Shown: positions 28,560-37,414 of the stretch, in pieces
Layout of the letters: every line of letters starts with the position of its first letter
Numbering within the stretch: position 1 is the first letter of the stretch
IMG/VR virus record: IMGVR_UViG_3300006919_000037
Strand: one strand, 5' to 3'
Origin: a virus
Lineage: Duplodnaviria > Heunggongvirae > Uroviricota > Caudoviricetes
DNA: 64,000 nucleotides
Position numbers and translations under genes: made by a program
The notes under the pieces: generated by a model
Seen by the model: only the letters and a program-made list of their open reading frames with translations
Told to the model about the DNA's origin: nothing
Database searches by the model: none

Positions 28560-28775
28560 TTATGTGTCAAGCTTTTTTCGTGCTAATACGTAAATATCTG
28601 GTACAATGACAACCCAAAGAACACTGTAAATTATGGTCAGAATACTCATCACACCAGAAGTTTCACCCCAGATCACGGAAAACAGGATTGCAAGAAACCA
28701 ACCCAGCCCGAAACCAAGGTCCAGAACAAATTCCAGAAACATTTTTACCTGCTTATTCATCCTCATAATCTCCAT
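28560..28775 (-). CDS. small membrane protein
   Basis: 71 aa, two hydrophobic helices. Confidence 0.35.
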   Translation of the reverse strand: MEIMRMNKQVKMFLEFVLDLGFGLGWFLAILFSVIWGETSGVMSILTIIYSVLWVVIVPDIYVLARKKLDT

Positions 28776-29052
28776 CTATATTATCTTCATACCAGTTCTG
28801 GAGTGATTCTTTGATCTTTTTGGTATCCCAGTTGAGAATCTTACCAGTCTCCACATCAACCAAAAAAATCATATCATCACCATACTCAGACACACCACAG
28901 ATATCCGGTGCATACCCTGAATGATCAAAATTCTGCATTTGATCATTGAACTCAAACCCGACATCATGGCAATCACGTGAGTGTGTACCAATAGAAATTT
29001 TCACAAGTCCATCCATAATTTTACTCAAGGTATTCTCTCCATTCTTCTGCAA
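28753..29052 (-). CDS. hypothetical acidic protein
   Basis: 99-aa ORF. Confidence 0.35.
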   Translation of the reverse strand: MQKNGENTLSKIMDGLVKISIGTHSRDCHDVGFEFNDQMQNFDHSGYAPDICGVSEYGDDMIFLVDVETGKILNWDTKKIKESLQNWYEDNIDGDYEDE

Positions 29053-29437
29053 ATGAACAATTCATTGCTTCTTTAAACATAGGGGCAATAACATAATCCG
29101 GCAACCCTGCAAGACCACAACCCACACGGGTTACGAAAAAACGTTCGAACCCCCGAACCAATGTAACATCAGAAACCAATTGTGTGAATTGGCAGAACTG
29201 ATTGACATAACCCTCAATAACATTCGATGGCAACGTATGCATCACCGTCTGATCTTTGGTGGGGATTGCATATGAATGGCCTGTCAGACCCACACCCATG
29301 TGCATCTTGGCATCGAATTTGAACCGGGCTACTTTAGCAGCACCAGCACCGTGAATACCAGCAAGATTAGACCCAAAGACCCAAATCTCACCACTCTCTG
29401 GTAATGATCCATCTTTATGATATTTCCTCATTATCAA
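29021..29437 (-). CDS. hypothetical protein with GSN-x2-G-x-HGAGAA motif (possible macro/SLOG-like nucleotide-binding fold)
   Basis: IWVFGSNLAGIHGAGAAKVA and later VGCGLAGLP; family not confidently assignable by eye. Confidence 0.3.
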   Translation of the reverse strand: MIMRKYHKDGSLPESGEIWVFGSNLAGIHGAGAAKVARFKFDAKMHMGVGLTGHSYAIPTKDQTVMHTLPSNVIEGYVNQFCQFTQLVSDVTLVRGFERFFVTRVGCGLAGLPDYVIAPMFKEAMNCSFAEEWREYLE

Positions 29438-30078
29438 AAATCACCTTTACTATCGTCATACATCTTTTCATCCATGTATCTCAAATCTGAGATGAATTGC
29501 AGTGTCTTATTACCTGCTACCACCTCATCAAAAATATCCGGCCTTCTGGCCCTGATACAATAATAGCAATTGATAATACTATAGGCTGAGTGATTGTCAA
29601 AATTCAGAAATGGGATATTTTTAACATTTTTAGTCAGAATTTCAATCATCTTCGTGATCTTCATTCTTTCAAACTTCTCTGAGGATTCCAATATTTTTTG
29701 TCTATTGTAATGGTCTTTCACAGAAGATGAGAATGATTTCATAGAGTCCATATCACTATCTTTGTACTTGTCAAATGTTTTCTCATATAATCCGGGGTTT
29801 TGTGCAATCACTATCTTCTCTGCTTGATCATGTATGTAACTATCATCAAATTCATACCCACTATTCTGTTCCTTGCTGTTTCTGATGAGATTCCGGAGAT
29901 TGAATCTGTTTTTTTCTTGGCTACTCATAGATCGAATAAGACCAGAAGCACCACCAGCAACTGTGTTGCCAAAGGTCTTGACACTATTCTCTGCAACAAT
30001 ATTTTTCAGGGCTTCCGGTGCAAGACCAACAGCACTCAGCAAACCAAGGAAACCTCTACGATCAACCTCTGACATCAT
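29434..30078 (-). CDS. putative Tat-signal secreted protein (start trimmed to MMSEVDRRGFLGLL)
   Basis: twin-arginine motif DRRGFLGLLSAVGLAPEA; ORF-track start 30141 would overlap the HNH gene. Confidence 0.4.
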   Translation of the reverse strand: MMSEVDRRGFLGLLSAVGLAPEALKNIVAENSVKTFGNTVAGGASGLIRSMSSQEKNRFNLRNLIRNSKEQNSGYEFDDSYIHDQAEKIVIAQNPGLYEKTFDKYKDSDMDSMKSFSSSVKDHYNRQKILESSEKFERMKITKMIEILTKNVKNIPFLNFDNHSAYSIINCYYCIRARRPDIFDEVVAGNKTLQFISDLRYMDEKMYDDSKGDF

Positions 30079-30661
30079 AATTCTCCCATAATCTAATTTC
30101 ACCTTCCCAATCCGGAAGATAATCCATCCACCTAATGTCATAAACCGTTAGTGGAAACTTCTTACAATGTCTCACCAAGTCCCAGTATGTGGGCACCCAC
30201 AACCTGTTTCGTGGTGTCCACTCACCCTTTGGAAGATGGTTATCTTTCTTGGCATTACAAGTCCCACACGACCAGACAACGTTTGTCCAGACGTTCTTAC
30301 CACCCTTTGAGATAGGCTGAACGTGATCAATCGTACCCTTCCGGATGGGAACATGGTTTGAACAATATGCACATAACCCCATGTCCCTGTAGAACAGAGT
30401 CGTGTGGTTCATATGAACGTGATCTTTATGATAGATGTTGGTATTAAATCGGACAATGATGGACGGCCACTTAAGGCTCCACCGTGCATTCCGGTTGGCA
30501 ATCTCTATTGGATACTCAACCTCAACCCGGCATGTCGGCTCACCGGAGTAGCATCTACCCACGGCATCCTGTACTGGTATCACCATCAGTGGAAACAAGT
30601 CTACCGGCTGGTAGTTTGCATTCAACACCAATGTTTTCAAATCAAAAGGGTTCACATTCAT
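30062..30661 (-). CDS. HNH endonuclease
   Basis: CAYCSNHVPIRKGTIDHVQPISKGGKNVWTNVVWSCGTCNAKK (HNH beta-beta-alpha-metal motif with Cys pairs). Confidence 0.7.
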   Translation of the reverse strand: MNVNPFDLKTLVLNANYQPVDLFPLMVIPVQDAVGRCYSGEPTCRVEVEYPIEIANRNARWSLKWPSIIVRFNTNIYHKDHVHMNHTTLFYRDMGLCAYCSNHVPIRKGTIDHVQPISKGGKNVWTNVVWSCGTCNAKKDNHLPKGEWTPRNRLWVPTYWDLVRHCKKFPLTVYDIRWMDYLPDWEGEIRLWENYDVRG

Positions 30662-30668
30662 TCCTCAC

Positions 30669-30956
30669 TCACCAGACAGACCAGATATGTTTCTTCTCAA
30701 GCTTCTTTGTTTCGATCCAGTCATGGTCCACATCTTTCATGATCATGGCTGCATCATATCTCCACCGGCTACGACGAGTCTTTTTGCAAAGAGCTTTGTA
30801 AGTCTTGTTCCCACTGGAATGAGTCAACTTGTCGTTATGGAATTCCCGTTTCTGCTTTTCATCAAATTCCGGGTCTTCTCTGACAAGACCACCATAAGTA
30901 AACGGACGGTTATACCACCTGTCACAGTTACCCATTCGACGATATGTTTTAGACAT
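30669..30956 (-). CDS. hypothetical basic protein
   Basis: 95-aa ORF. Confidence 0.35.
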   Translation of the reverse strand: MSKTYRRMGNCDRWYNRPFTYGGLVREDPEFDEKQKREFHNDKLTHSSGNKTYKALCKKTRRSRWRYDAAMIMKDVDHDWIETKKLEKKHIWSVW

Positions 30957-31022
30957 TTCTGTCTCCTATAAGTACGGAATTGTACTTACAGGTTGTCAAG
31001 CTCGTGGTAATGATTCATTGGT

Positions 31023-31451
31023 TCATGGTCCTGTGTTTTTCTTGGCAGTCTCAATCACTGCAAGAATCTTCTCTTTGTAATCTGTATCTGTTGCATACCA
31101 GTTTTCCAGAAGTATGTCAATAGCTTCTTCAACACTTTCTGCACGGCTATATAAAACTATCCACCTATTGTACCGGTCAAGCATGGCATCATACAAAGAT
31201 GGGTAGTTCATGAACGGCTCTTCCCGTTCAACCCGTTCACCGTCGATAATCTCCCATGTCATCCTGAACGTGACATCATCCTCACCAACCCGGCCCTTCT
31301 GGCCAAACGGGTTGTTATTCCCTGACATTCTCTTACCCCAAGAACTCTCTAAGGCCCACTGTGCAGCCGTTAACTGGGGATATGGGTCTCCCAGTGTCTC
31401 AGAAGCCTCAAACACGTCCCAGTACCCCTTAAAACCCTCTATGTCCGACAT
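31023..31451 (-). CDS. peptidoglycan hydrolase, glucosaminidase/muramidase family (FlgJ-like)
   Basis: LTAAQWALESSWGK...NNPFGQKG matches the AQAALESGWG...NN.FG.K glucosaminidase signature. Confidence 0.65.
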   Translation of the reverse strand: MSDIEGFKGYWDVFEASETLGDPYPQLTAAQWALESSWGKRMSGNNNPFGQKGRVGEDDVTFRMTWEIIDGERVEREEPFMNYPSLYDAMLDRYNRWIVLYSRAESVEEAIDILLENWYATDTDYKEKILAVIETAKKNTGP

Positions 31452-31531
31452 CTAACCACTCCCTTCCTGTATTTATAGGCAATAAAAAAAGGTGGGACCG
31501 AAATCCCACCCTTTGTTGACATGTAGATATT

Positions 31532-32443
31532 TTACTGCTTCAGCAAACGGTCCAGTGTCATAACATCAGCACGTGGCTTGGCAACATCCAAGAATGGGAT
31601 TGTACCATTCGGAAGGACTGTTGTTGGTGTAACACCATTCCACTTTTCAGCTTTTGTCAGTTCCACGATTTGTGGGTTCTGTTGGATAGCTTTACCTTTT
31701 GCATCAATGGCAGATGCTTCGGCAACACCACGGAGTCTGATAGCATCGGCTTCAGCAGTGGCACGGGCAATAACAGCTTTGGCTTCAGCATCAGCTTTGA
31801 TCACCGTGATTTCGGCTTCAATCTTCTGACGTTCTGCTGTTTGACGAACCCGTTCAACCTCAACCTCTTCCTTCATACGTGACTCGATGGATTCTTCGTA
31901 TGCATCAGAGAAATCAATATTCTCAATCTGGATTGACACAATTTCAATCGGACCCTTAATACGTGCATTTGCTTGCTCCGTAATACGGGCACCCATGGCT
32001 TCACGGTTCTGGACGGCTGATACTGCTGTGTACTGACCAAACACGGTCTTCACAACTTCCGGTATCTTACGATCCAGCAAACGTGATGTCATCCCATCAA
32101 TGCTGATGAACTGACGATACAACTCTTCGACATCACCGGGTGGAACCCTGTATGTGACGGATACAACAAGATCAGCAGGCTGTTGATCCCGGCTGTATGC
32201 TTGCATCTTCTCCCACTCTCGTGAAAGTGTCTGGAGTGAAATAACGTTCACATCCTCAATCCACGGAGTCTTGAAACCTAGACCCGGTTCTGCAATTGTC
32301 TGGAATGCTCCATTTCGGAGAACGACTCCCCGTTCAGTTTCATCAATCGTATACCACGATCCAAAGACCACGGTAATGACGGCAAGGAATGCAAACATCC
32401 CCACAATACCACCTAGTGCTGTTTTAATCGGATTCATTATCAT
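31532..32443 (-). CDS. SPFH/band-7 (prohibitin/HflC-like) membrane protein
   Basis: N-terminal TM helix, band-7 core and long Ala/Glu-rich coiled-coil tail. Confidence 0.75.
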   Translation of the reverse strand: MIMNPIKTALGGIVGMFAFLAVITVVFGSWYTIDETERGVVLRNGAFQTIAEPGLGFKTPWIEDVNVISLQTLSREWEKMQAYSRDQQPADLVVSVTYRVPPGDVEELYRQFISIDGMTSRLLDRKIPEVVKTVFGQYTAVSAVQNREAMGARITEQANARIKGPIEIVSIQIENIDFSDAYEESIESRMKEEVEVERVRQTAERQKIEAEITVIKADAEAKAVIARATAEADAIRLRGVAEASAIDAKGKAIQQNPQIVELTKAEKWNGVTPTTVLPNGTIPFLDVAKPRADVMTLDRLLKQ

Positions 32444-32672
32444 ATTCCTTCTTTTCCAGTTTCCAAATTATTTGCCGAATTGCTATATATGCACCGTAAA
32501 TACCCACGGTAACAAATATCCATTGAAGATATGTGAAATCAGCTATCACGATCTTCCTTTCCAATTGGTGGTTTGGGGTCATCACCCTTCACTTCGATAT
32601 TATCCCATAACCACTTCAAACCAAGATATAGTATCAAGGATACAGTAAGCAACCCAACCAACATAAATGTTT

Positions 32673-33329
32673 TCATATCTCTATCACTTTCGGTTTGTAG
32701 TTTCTGTGATTGACCTCATGGGGATATCCCCTTGGGTGACACACGACTCTTGTCTTACCAATCATGTAATCAGAAGAATCATGTGTATGTCCGTGGACCC
32801 ATAACACGGGTGGTTTCTCCATGTCAAGAATAAAATCATCCAGAGAGGAATAAAATCCACAATTCAAAGGTGATCCCTGATATTTTATGCTACATGATTT
32901 GAATGAAGGGCCGTGGTGAGTGACAATAACATCAGCATTGGATTTCAATATGTCATCCAACCCTCTGGTGAATAGTTCACCCATCTTCTCATATGTGTAG
33001 TTCACAATCTGTCTGCTATCTGCCAGAGAATTTTTAACCAGTTCAAACTGGGCAAGGTCCAAATCTGTCCAGAGGGTTGTTCCGAAAAACTTGGTATCAT
33101 CAACCCGGTATGCAGAAGAACAATAGGCCAGTTCCTGTTGCCCATAATAGTCATGGTTTCCCAAAACCTCAATGTAAGGTTTGTCTGGAAAAGACTTCCG
33201 TTTCAGGTCTCTCTGGAGTGGCCATGGATGGGTATCACCGGCATTAATGATCACATCACACTCAGTTTCATCTGGCCAGACCCACTCACTGAATTCACAG
33301 TGAAGGTCTGCTATGATAGCTATCTTCAT
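32673..33329 (-). CDS. calcineurin-like metallophosphoesterase
   Basis: MKIAIIADLH, NAGDTH, GNHDY, THHGP and VHGHTH motifs. Confidence 0.65.
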   Translation of the reverse strand: MKIAIIADLHCEFSEWVWPDETECDVIINAGDTHPWPLQRDLKRKSFPDKPYIEVLGNHDYYGQQELAYCSSAYRVDDTKFFGTTLWTDLDLAQFELVKNSLADSRQIVNYTYEKMGELFTRGLDDILKSNADVIVTHHGPSFKSCSIKYQGSPLNCGFYSSLDDFILDMEKPPVLWVHGHTHDSSDYMIGKTRVVCHPRGYPHEVNHRNYKPKVIEI

Positions 33330-33520
33330 TACATCTCTTTCAATTCAACAAAGCTGATCAGATTTTTGGCCATAATTTCATCAACAGACATCTGATAATC
33401 ATCACACAATTCCTTGAGATTTTCATCCTGTTTCATATGTTCCAAGGCAGCTTCCTTGCTATCAAAGATCATATCTTCCCAACCAAAATCCCATTCAGAC
33501 TTAATTCGAAATTTGCTCAT
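33329..33520 (-). CDS. small hypothetical protein
   Basis: 63-aa ORF whose ATG is preceded by the conserved 24-nt motif. Confidence 0.3.
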   Translation of the reverse strand: MSKFRIKSEWDFGWEDMIFDSKEAALEHMKQDENLKELCDDYQMSVDEIMAKNLISFVELKEM

Positions 33521-33541
33521 AACTCATACTCTCATGTTTGT
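33518..33541 (-). promoter_or_regulatory. conserved 24-nt motif ACAAACATGA(R)AGTATGAGTTATG (copy 2)
   Basis: see 28417-28440. Confidence 0.4.
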
Positions 33542-33616
33542 GGTGTCCCTAGTCGGATTCGAACCGACACTGAACAGGGTTTAAAGCTGTGGCCTCTGCC
33601 ATTGGGCTATAGGGAC
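33541..33616 (-). tRNA. tRNA, class I scaffold with Leu-type anticodon UAA (C-C mismatch closing the loop)
   Basis: acceptor GTCCCTA/TAGGGAC, T-arm GTCGG-TTCGAAT-CCGAC, CCA; scaffold near-identical to 23069..23145. Confidence 0.7.
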
Positions 33617-33628
33617 TTTGTTGTTTAT

Positions 33629-34120
33629 TTACTTACGACCGTTACCGTTTCCACCACCGTTTCCAGAACCACCGTTACCGTTTCCGGCTCCGGCACCCTG
33701 TCCATTGTTTCCACCACCGTTTCCAGTACCGGGACCTGAACCACCGTTATTTCCACCACCGTTTCCAGAATTTCCGGCATTACCGTTTCCGTTACCGGGA
33801 CCTGAACCACCGGAATTACCGGAATTACCATTCCCACCGGAATTACCGTTTCCGTTACCGTTTCCGTTACCGTTTCCGTTACCATTCCCACCGGAATTAC
33901 CATTCCCACCGGAATTACCATTCCCACCGGAATTACCATTCCCACCGGAATTACCACCACCAAGATCGTAATTGGCTCCTGTTCTTGGATTACAATAACG
34001 ATCTTCTACAGATTGGCTGAGATTGCAATCAACACCATCACTGAAATTACCAGCAATAGCAGTCATTGAAAAAATTGATACAGATGTAGCAATAACGGAG
34101 CATAGCAAAATTTTCTTCAT
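33629..34120 (-). CDS. secreted glycine/asparagine-rich repeat protein
   Basis: signal peptide MKKILLCSVIATSVSIFSMTAIA, then GGNGNS and GNGN repeats, C-terminal Gly-rich. Confidence 0.5.
   Translation of the reverse strand: MKKILLCSVIATSVSIFSMTAIAGNFSDGVDCNLSQSVEDRYCNPRTGANYDLGGGNSGGNGNSGGNGNSGGNGNSGGNGNGNGNGNGNGNGNSGGNGNSGNSGGSGPGNGNGNAGNSGNGGGNNGGSGPGTGNGGGNNGQGAGAGNGNGGSGNGGGNGNGRK
33650..33960. repeat. tandem 18-bp (cattcccaccggaattac x4) and 12-bp (ccgtttccgtta x3) coding repeats
   Basis: visible perfect tandem units at 33840-33960 and degenerate copies upstream. Confidence 0.7.
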
Positions 34121-34163
34121 TTTTTAATTCCTGTTCACTTTTTCATTGTTGATAGGTTATATA

Positions 34164-34619
34164 CTATTTCACACTCATGGTTTCAATATCAAGAGTATCG
34201 AGTCGTTCAAAATACCCCCACCATGGTGGATAAAACTTGTATGTCTCACCCGATTCGGTGGTCAGATTTATCATCTGATCATTACCGGATTTATCAAACC
34301 CCTCAAGAACCTTCTTGGCAGCTTGGGCTTTTTCAAGGGTCTTGAACACCAGAATGTCTTCAAAATGCTCTCCATCGTTCCGGGAGAAGCTATCACCTTC
34401 GGAATTGATTGAATATAGCAGGTAAACCGTGTCACCCACACTGACATCAAAATCATATGGTATCTGTCTTCCAGATGTACCCAGTGGTTTACCCAAGTAG
34501 ATACCCTGAATTGTCCAATCTGTGTATGTATCTTCACCGGAATAATCATCAGAGTAATCACGTTCCCGTGTTACCTCAGTGTATGAATCCAGTTCAAGGT
34601 AAAGGTGTGTCATAATCAA
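34164..34619 (-). CDS. hypothetical acidic protein
   Basis: 151-aa ORF. Confidence 0.4.
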   Translation of the reverse strand: MIMTHLYLELDSYTEVTRERDYSDDYSGEDTYTDWTIQGIYLGKPLGTSGRQIPYDFDVSVGDTVYLLYSINSEGDSFSRNDGEHFEDILVFKTLEKAQAAKKVLEGFDKSGNDQMINLTTESGETYKFYPPWWGYFERLDTLDIETMSVK

Positions 34620-34822
34620 CTTCCCTTCTCAATAGCAGTAAATACATTCTTCTTCTGATCCATGGCAAGATCGTAATATTCCAGAACTCGTTTTGTACGA
34701 CTCTCACCCACGGTACGAACCCAGCCGTTTTTTTCATAGACTTTTGCTAACAAGTCTCCCATACACTTTGCTGTTATTTTTCTCACGATCAAAACTCCAT
34801 AATTGGTTTTGGGTGGCTGCAC
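34616..34822 (-). CDS. small hypothetical protein
   Basis: 68-aa ORF. Confidence 0.3.
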   Translation of the reverse strand: MQPPKTNYGVLIVRKITAKCMGDLLAKVYEKNGWVRTVGESRTKRVLEYYDLAMDQKKNVFTAIEKGS

Positions 34823-35181
34823 AAGGCTAACCTTTCGAATTATCTAGAAATTCTAATCGGTACTACCATCTCCGGAAAACTACCGGTATCCTATTCTAGG
34901 TGATCATTCCCAGAATTCATTAGACGAACCCAAACTTTTAAAACTCCATATACGGCTCTATCCGGATAAACTCAGGTGCAGGCTCTGGCAGGGCATTGTA
35001 GATCATGGTTCCCATCATCATGACAATAAAGGTCACACCCCAGTACATCATCGTCTCTGGGAAATACTGGCTGATGGGCATACCACTCAACAGAAATCCA
35101 TGCAGAATATTGTTCATCATTTTTTCTCTCCTTTGCCAACCCCCATGAACATATTATCACATTCATGGGGAGAGTCAAGGG

Positions 35182-35646
35182 TTAAGCAGTTTCCTTCTCA
35201 ACATATTCAAGGGCTTTATCCAGAGTTGTCTGGAAGAAGTAAGCACCCAGTTCCGACTGTTCCTTCAGCATCTTTTTGAAGTCACCTTCGTACTTCTCAA
35301 ACCCGAATCTGGCAACAACCTCAGTAGTTCCGTCTTCCCAGACGATCACGTCACCAACCATCATCGACCGTGGCTTGTCTGTGAGAACTTCAACGTGCTC
35401 TGAAGCAGTCCATGGAGTTTGATGGTTCTGGATCATGTGAAACACATTTTCTGCATCGTATGCTTCCAGCTTGGCTGCTGGCTGGATCATCCCCAGAAGG
35501 GCTGCATTCTTATACTCACCCTTGTTCTGGGCTTTCCAATATGTCCGACCAACTGCACCACCCCAACCACCACCACAACCAACTGGACCGTTGATCTTGG
35601 CAACCTGTGCATCCGACAACTGGATGAAATAAACTGTGGCTTTCAT
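35182..35646 (-). CDS. hypothetical protein
   Basis: 154-aa ORF with promoter about 29 nt upstream. Confidence 0.45.
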   Translation of the reverse strand: MKATVYFIQLSDAQVAKINGPVGCGGGWGGAVGRTYWKAQNKGEYKNAALLGMIQPAAKLEAYDAENVFHMIQNHQTPWTASEHVEVLTDKPRSMMVGDVIVWEDGTTEVVARFGFEKYEGDFKKMLKEQSELGAYFFQTTLDKALEYVEKETA

Positions 35647-35669
35647 GACTGATTTCCTTTCTCTGTTTT

Positions 35670-35706
35670 CTCTCTATATACAGATAATAGCAGATTAGGG
35701 GATGGA
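35670..35706 (-). promoter_or_regulatory. sigma70-like early promoter (TTGACT-N16-TATTAT)
   Basis: minus strand gcTTGACTccatcccctaatctgcTATTATctgtat. Confidence 0.55.
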
Positions 35707-35712
35707 GTCAAG

Positions 35713-35801
35713 CATTATTTTTGGTGGAAGGCAGTGGTCCCGATCCACATACGGTTACCCGTACCAACTGCTTTCCAAGCAGTGCCAGCACCCCGGCTGG
35801 T
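35713..35801 (-). tRNA. tRNA-Ser (anticodon GGA), type II with long variable arm
   Basis: acceptor GGAAGGT/GCCTTCC, anticodon stem ACTGC/GCAGT, loop TTGGAAA, variable-arm hairpin TACGG-GTAA-CCGTA, non-canonical T-loop ATCGGGA, CCA encoded; located in an otherwise unannotated gap. Confidence 0.6.
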
Positions 35802-35815
35802 TTACCTTCCTTATT

Positions 35816-36688
35816 TTACGTCCACTTTTTTTTCAGATAATCTTGTAGGTCTTTTTGGGAATACAGCTTCTTTTTGTGCATTACCTGAATGAGTCTTTTC
35901 AGTTCATCAGACGTTTTTGCATTATGAAAATCGGCAGACATCTGAGTCTCGTAATCATGTGCATAATATTTCATTCTATCCAACCATTTTTTAGCATAGT
36001 CAGAAAAGTTCTTAGTGGTCTTAGGTGCAACTAACAATTCCATCAAGCCACCAATACCCTTATCTTTTCTTCCAAGTCTAGTAGAGGTATTAATCGATTT
36101 ATCTTGCTTTTTCAAATCGTTCATATCCAACTTAATTGGATTTTTTTGTACCAACCAATTTTCTCTGTCGTCATAATGAAAAAGAGGAATACCTTTTTTC
36201 TTTGCTAACATCATAATGTCACGGAGTCTCTGCTTCTCATGATCATCAGAAACCCAGTTCGATTTAGGCAAGACATGTATAGACCTGATGAATTTTGTTG
36301 CCGGTTTTAATTCTGGTTTGGCTGAAAGCACTCTATCTTCTGCTTCCATTTTTGACCTGTCCACGGCTGCAAAACTGGCCCCCCAATAATCAACAGCCAC
36401 AATCTTGTTGTTATGTGATATTCTGTTGCCATCAAGATTCAGCATGACCCCCCATGTATTATCTTTGTGGTAACCCCCAAGCTTATGACGTGTTGTGCTT
36501 AGATACCAGATTTTACGTTTGGAGCTATTACCAAGCCCAGCATCTGCACCAACTGCAATGTCTGGAACTAGCTTGAACGAATTCGATTTTAGTATCTGGA
36601 TTACAACATACTCACTGGTAGCATGATATAGAACATCATCAGAGGCACGGGCCTCTTGTAGAGAATTCCATTTTTTGAAAGGGAGCAT
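35816..36688 (-). CDS. hypothetical protein
   Basis: 290-aa ORF, no motif recognised. Confidence 0.45.
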   Translation of the reverse strand: MLPFKKWNSLQEARASDDVLYHATSEYVVIQILKSNSFKLVPDIAVGADAGLGNSSKRKIWYLSTTRHKLGGYHKDNTWGVMLNLDGNRISHNNKIVAVDYWGASFAAVDRSKMEAEDRVLSAKPELKPATKFIRSIHVLPKSNWVSDDHEKQRLRDIMMLAKKKGIPLFHYDDRENWLVQKNPIKLDMNDLKKQDKSINTSTRLGRKDKGIGGLMELLVAPKTTKNFSDYAKKWLDRMKYYAHDYETQMSADFHNAKTSDELKRLIQVMHKKKLYSQKDLQDYLKKKWT

Positions 36689-36700
36689 TTTTCCTTGACC

Positions 36701-36982
36701 TTATTCTTTATCGAATCGTGAGTTGTATTCTTTACCTTTGAATAGGCAAATTGGTGATCTGAAAACCTTACCCGGCTCAGACGTGGCTAACTCAATTTCA
36801 GCATCATTACCAGTTTCACTGGCATAGTTCCGAAACTCATGCATCGTTATCCCGAAGGATTCGGCAGCACTCTTCTTTGTAGTGGCTGCAACTATCCACT
36901 CTTTCCGACCATCACCCCACCCAAATGTCTTAAGCTTCTTGGTCATTAGCAAAACTCCCAACACGAAGCAAATGAATACCAC
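36701..36982 (-). CDS. hypothetical protein
   Basis: 93-aa ORF. Confidence 0.35.
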   Translation of the reverse strand: MVFICFVLGVLLMTKKLKTFGWGDGRKEWIVAATTKKSAAESFGITMHEFRNYASETGNDAEIELATSEPGKVFRSPICLFKGKEYNSRFDKE

Positions 36983-37193
36983 TCACACCTGATGTATCAC
37001 ATGATATCTCACCAAACACTGTATGAAATTTATTTCTACCATCATCAGAAAATGTGAAAGTACCTTCAGCAATATGCTTCAAACTTCCACCACCGTGATA
37101 AAAAACTTCAATATGGCAGAGTCCAGTAACCACTGTTTCTTCCCACCAATGTTCCCATACCATGTGTTCAACTGTGTAGTGTTTTGCTATCAT
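36930..37193 (-). CDS. hypothetical protein
   Basis: 87-aa ORF. Confidence 0.3.
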   Translation of the reverse strand: MIAKHYTVEHMVWEHWWEETVVTGLCHIEVFYHGGGSLKHIAEGTFTFSDDGRNKFHTVFGEISCDTSGVSGIHLLRVGSFANDQEA

Positions 37194-37211
37194 AATCTAA
37201 TCCTCATGATA

Positions 37212-37299
37212 ATGGTGGAGAGCAGAGCAATCGAAGCCCACACCTTTCGGTGCACTTGACTTAGCAGGTCAGCCTACCAACCTTGGTAGTTTACTCTCC
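37212..37299 (-). tRNA. tRNA-Ser (anticodon GCU), type II, with 8-nt anticodon loop CTGCTAAA
   Basis: acceptor GGAGAGT/GCTCTCC, variable-arm hairpin CACC-GAAA-GGTG, T-loop TTCGATT, CCA; anticodon stem only TGAC/GTCA. Confidence 0.6.
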
Positions 37300-37305
37300 A
37301 AAACT

Positions 37306-37395
37306 TGGTGGAAGACTGAGGTGTCGAACCCCACACCCTACAAAGGTGCCATCTGTTTTCAAGGCAGTGCCCGGAGCCGTCCGGATTAATCTTCC
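37306..37395 (-). tRNA. tRNA-Ser (anticodon UGA), type II, with weakened anticodon stem
   Basis: acceptor GGAAGAT/GTCTTCC, anticodon arm ACTGC-CTTGAAA-ACAGA (3-bp core), variable-arm hairpin CACC-TTTGTAG-GGTG, T-arm TGGGG-TTCGACA-CCTCA, CCA. Confidence 0.55.
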
Positions 37396-37414
37396 ATGTC
37401 TATATTTAGTGACT

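Noticed and set aside
33618-33971. Plus-strand ORF encoding PFPPELPFP repeats
   Set aside because: This is the reverse-complement frame of the Gly/Asn-rich repeat gene. The repeat periodicity creates an open frame on the opposite strand.
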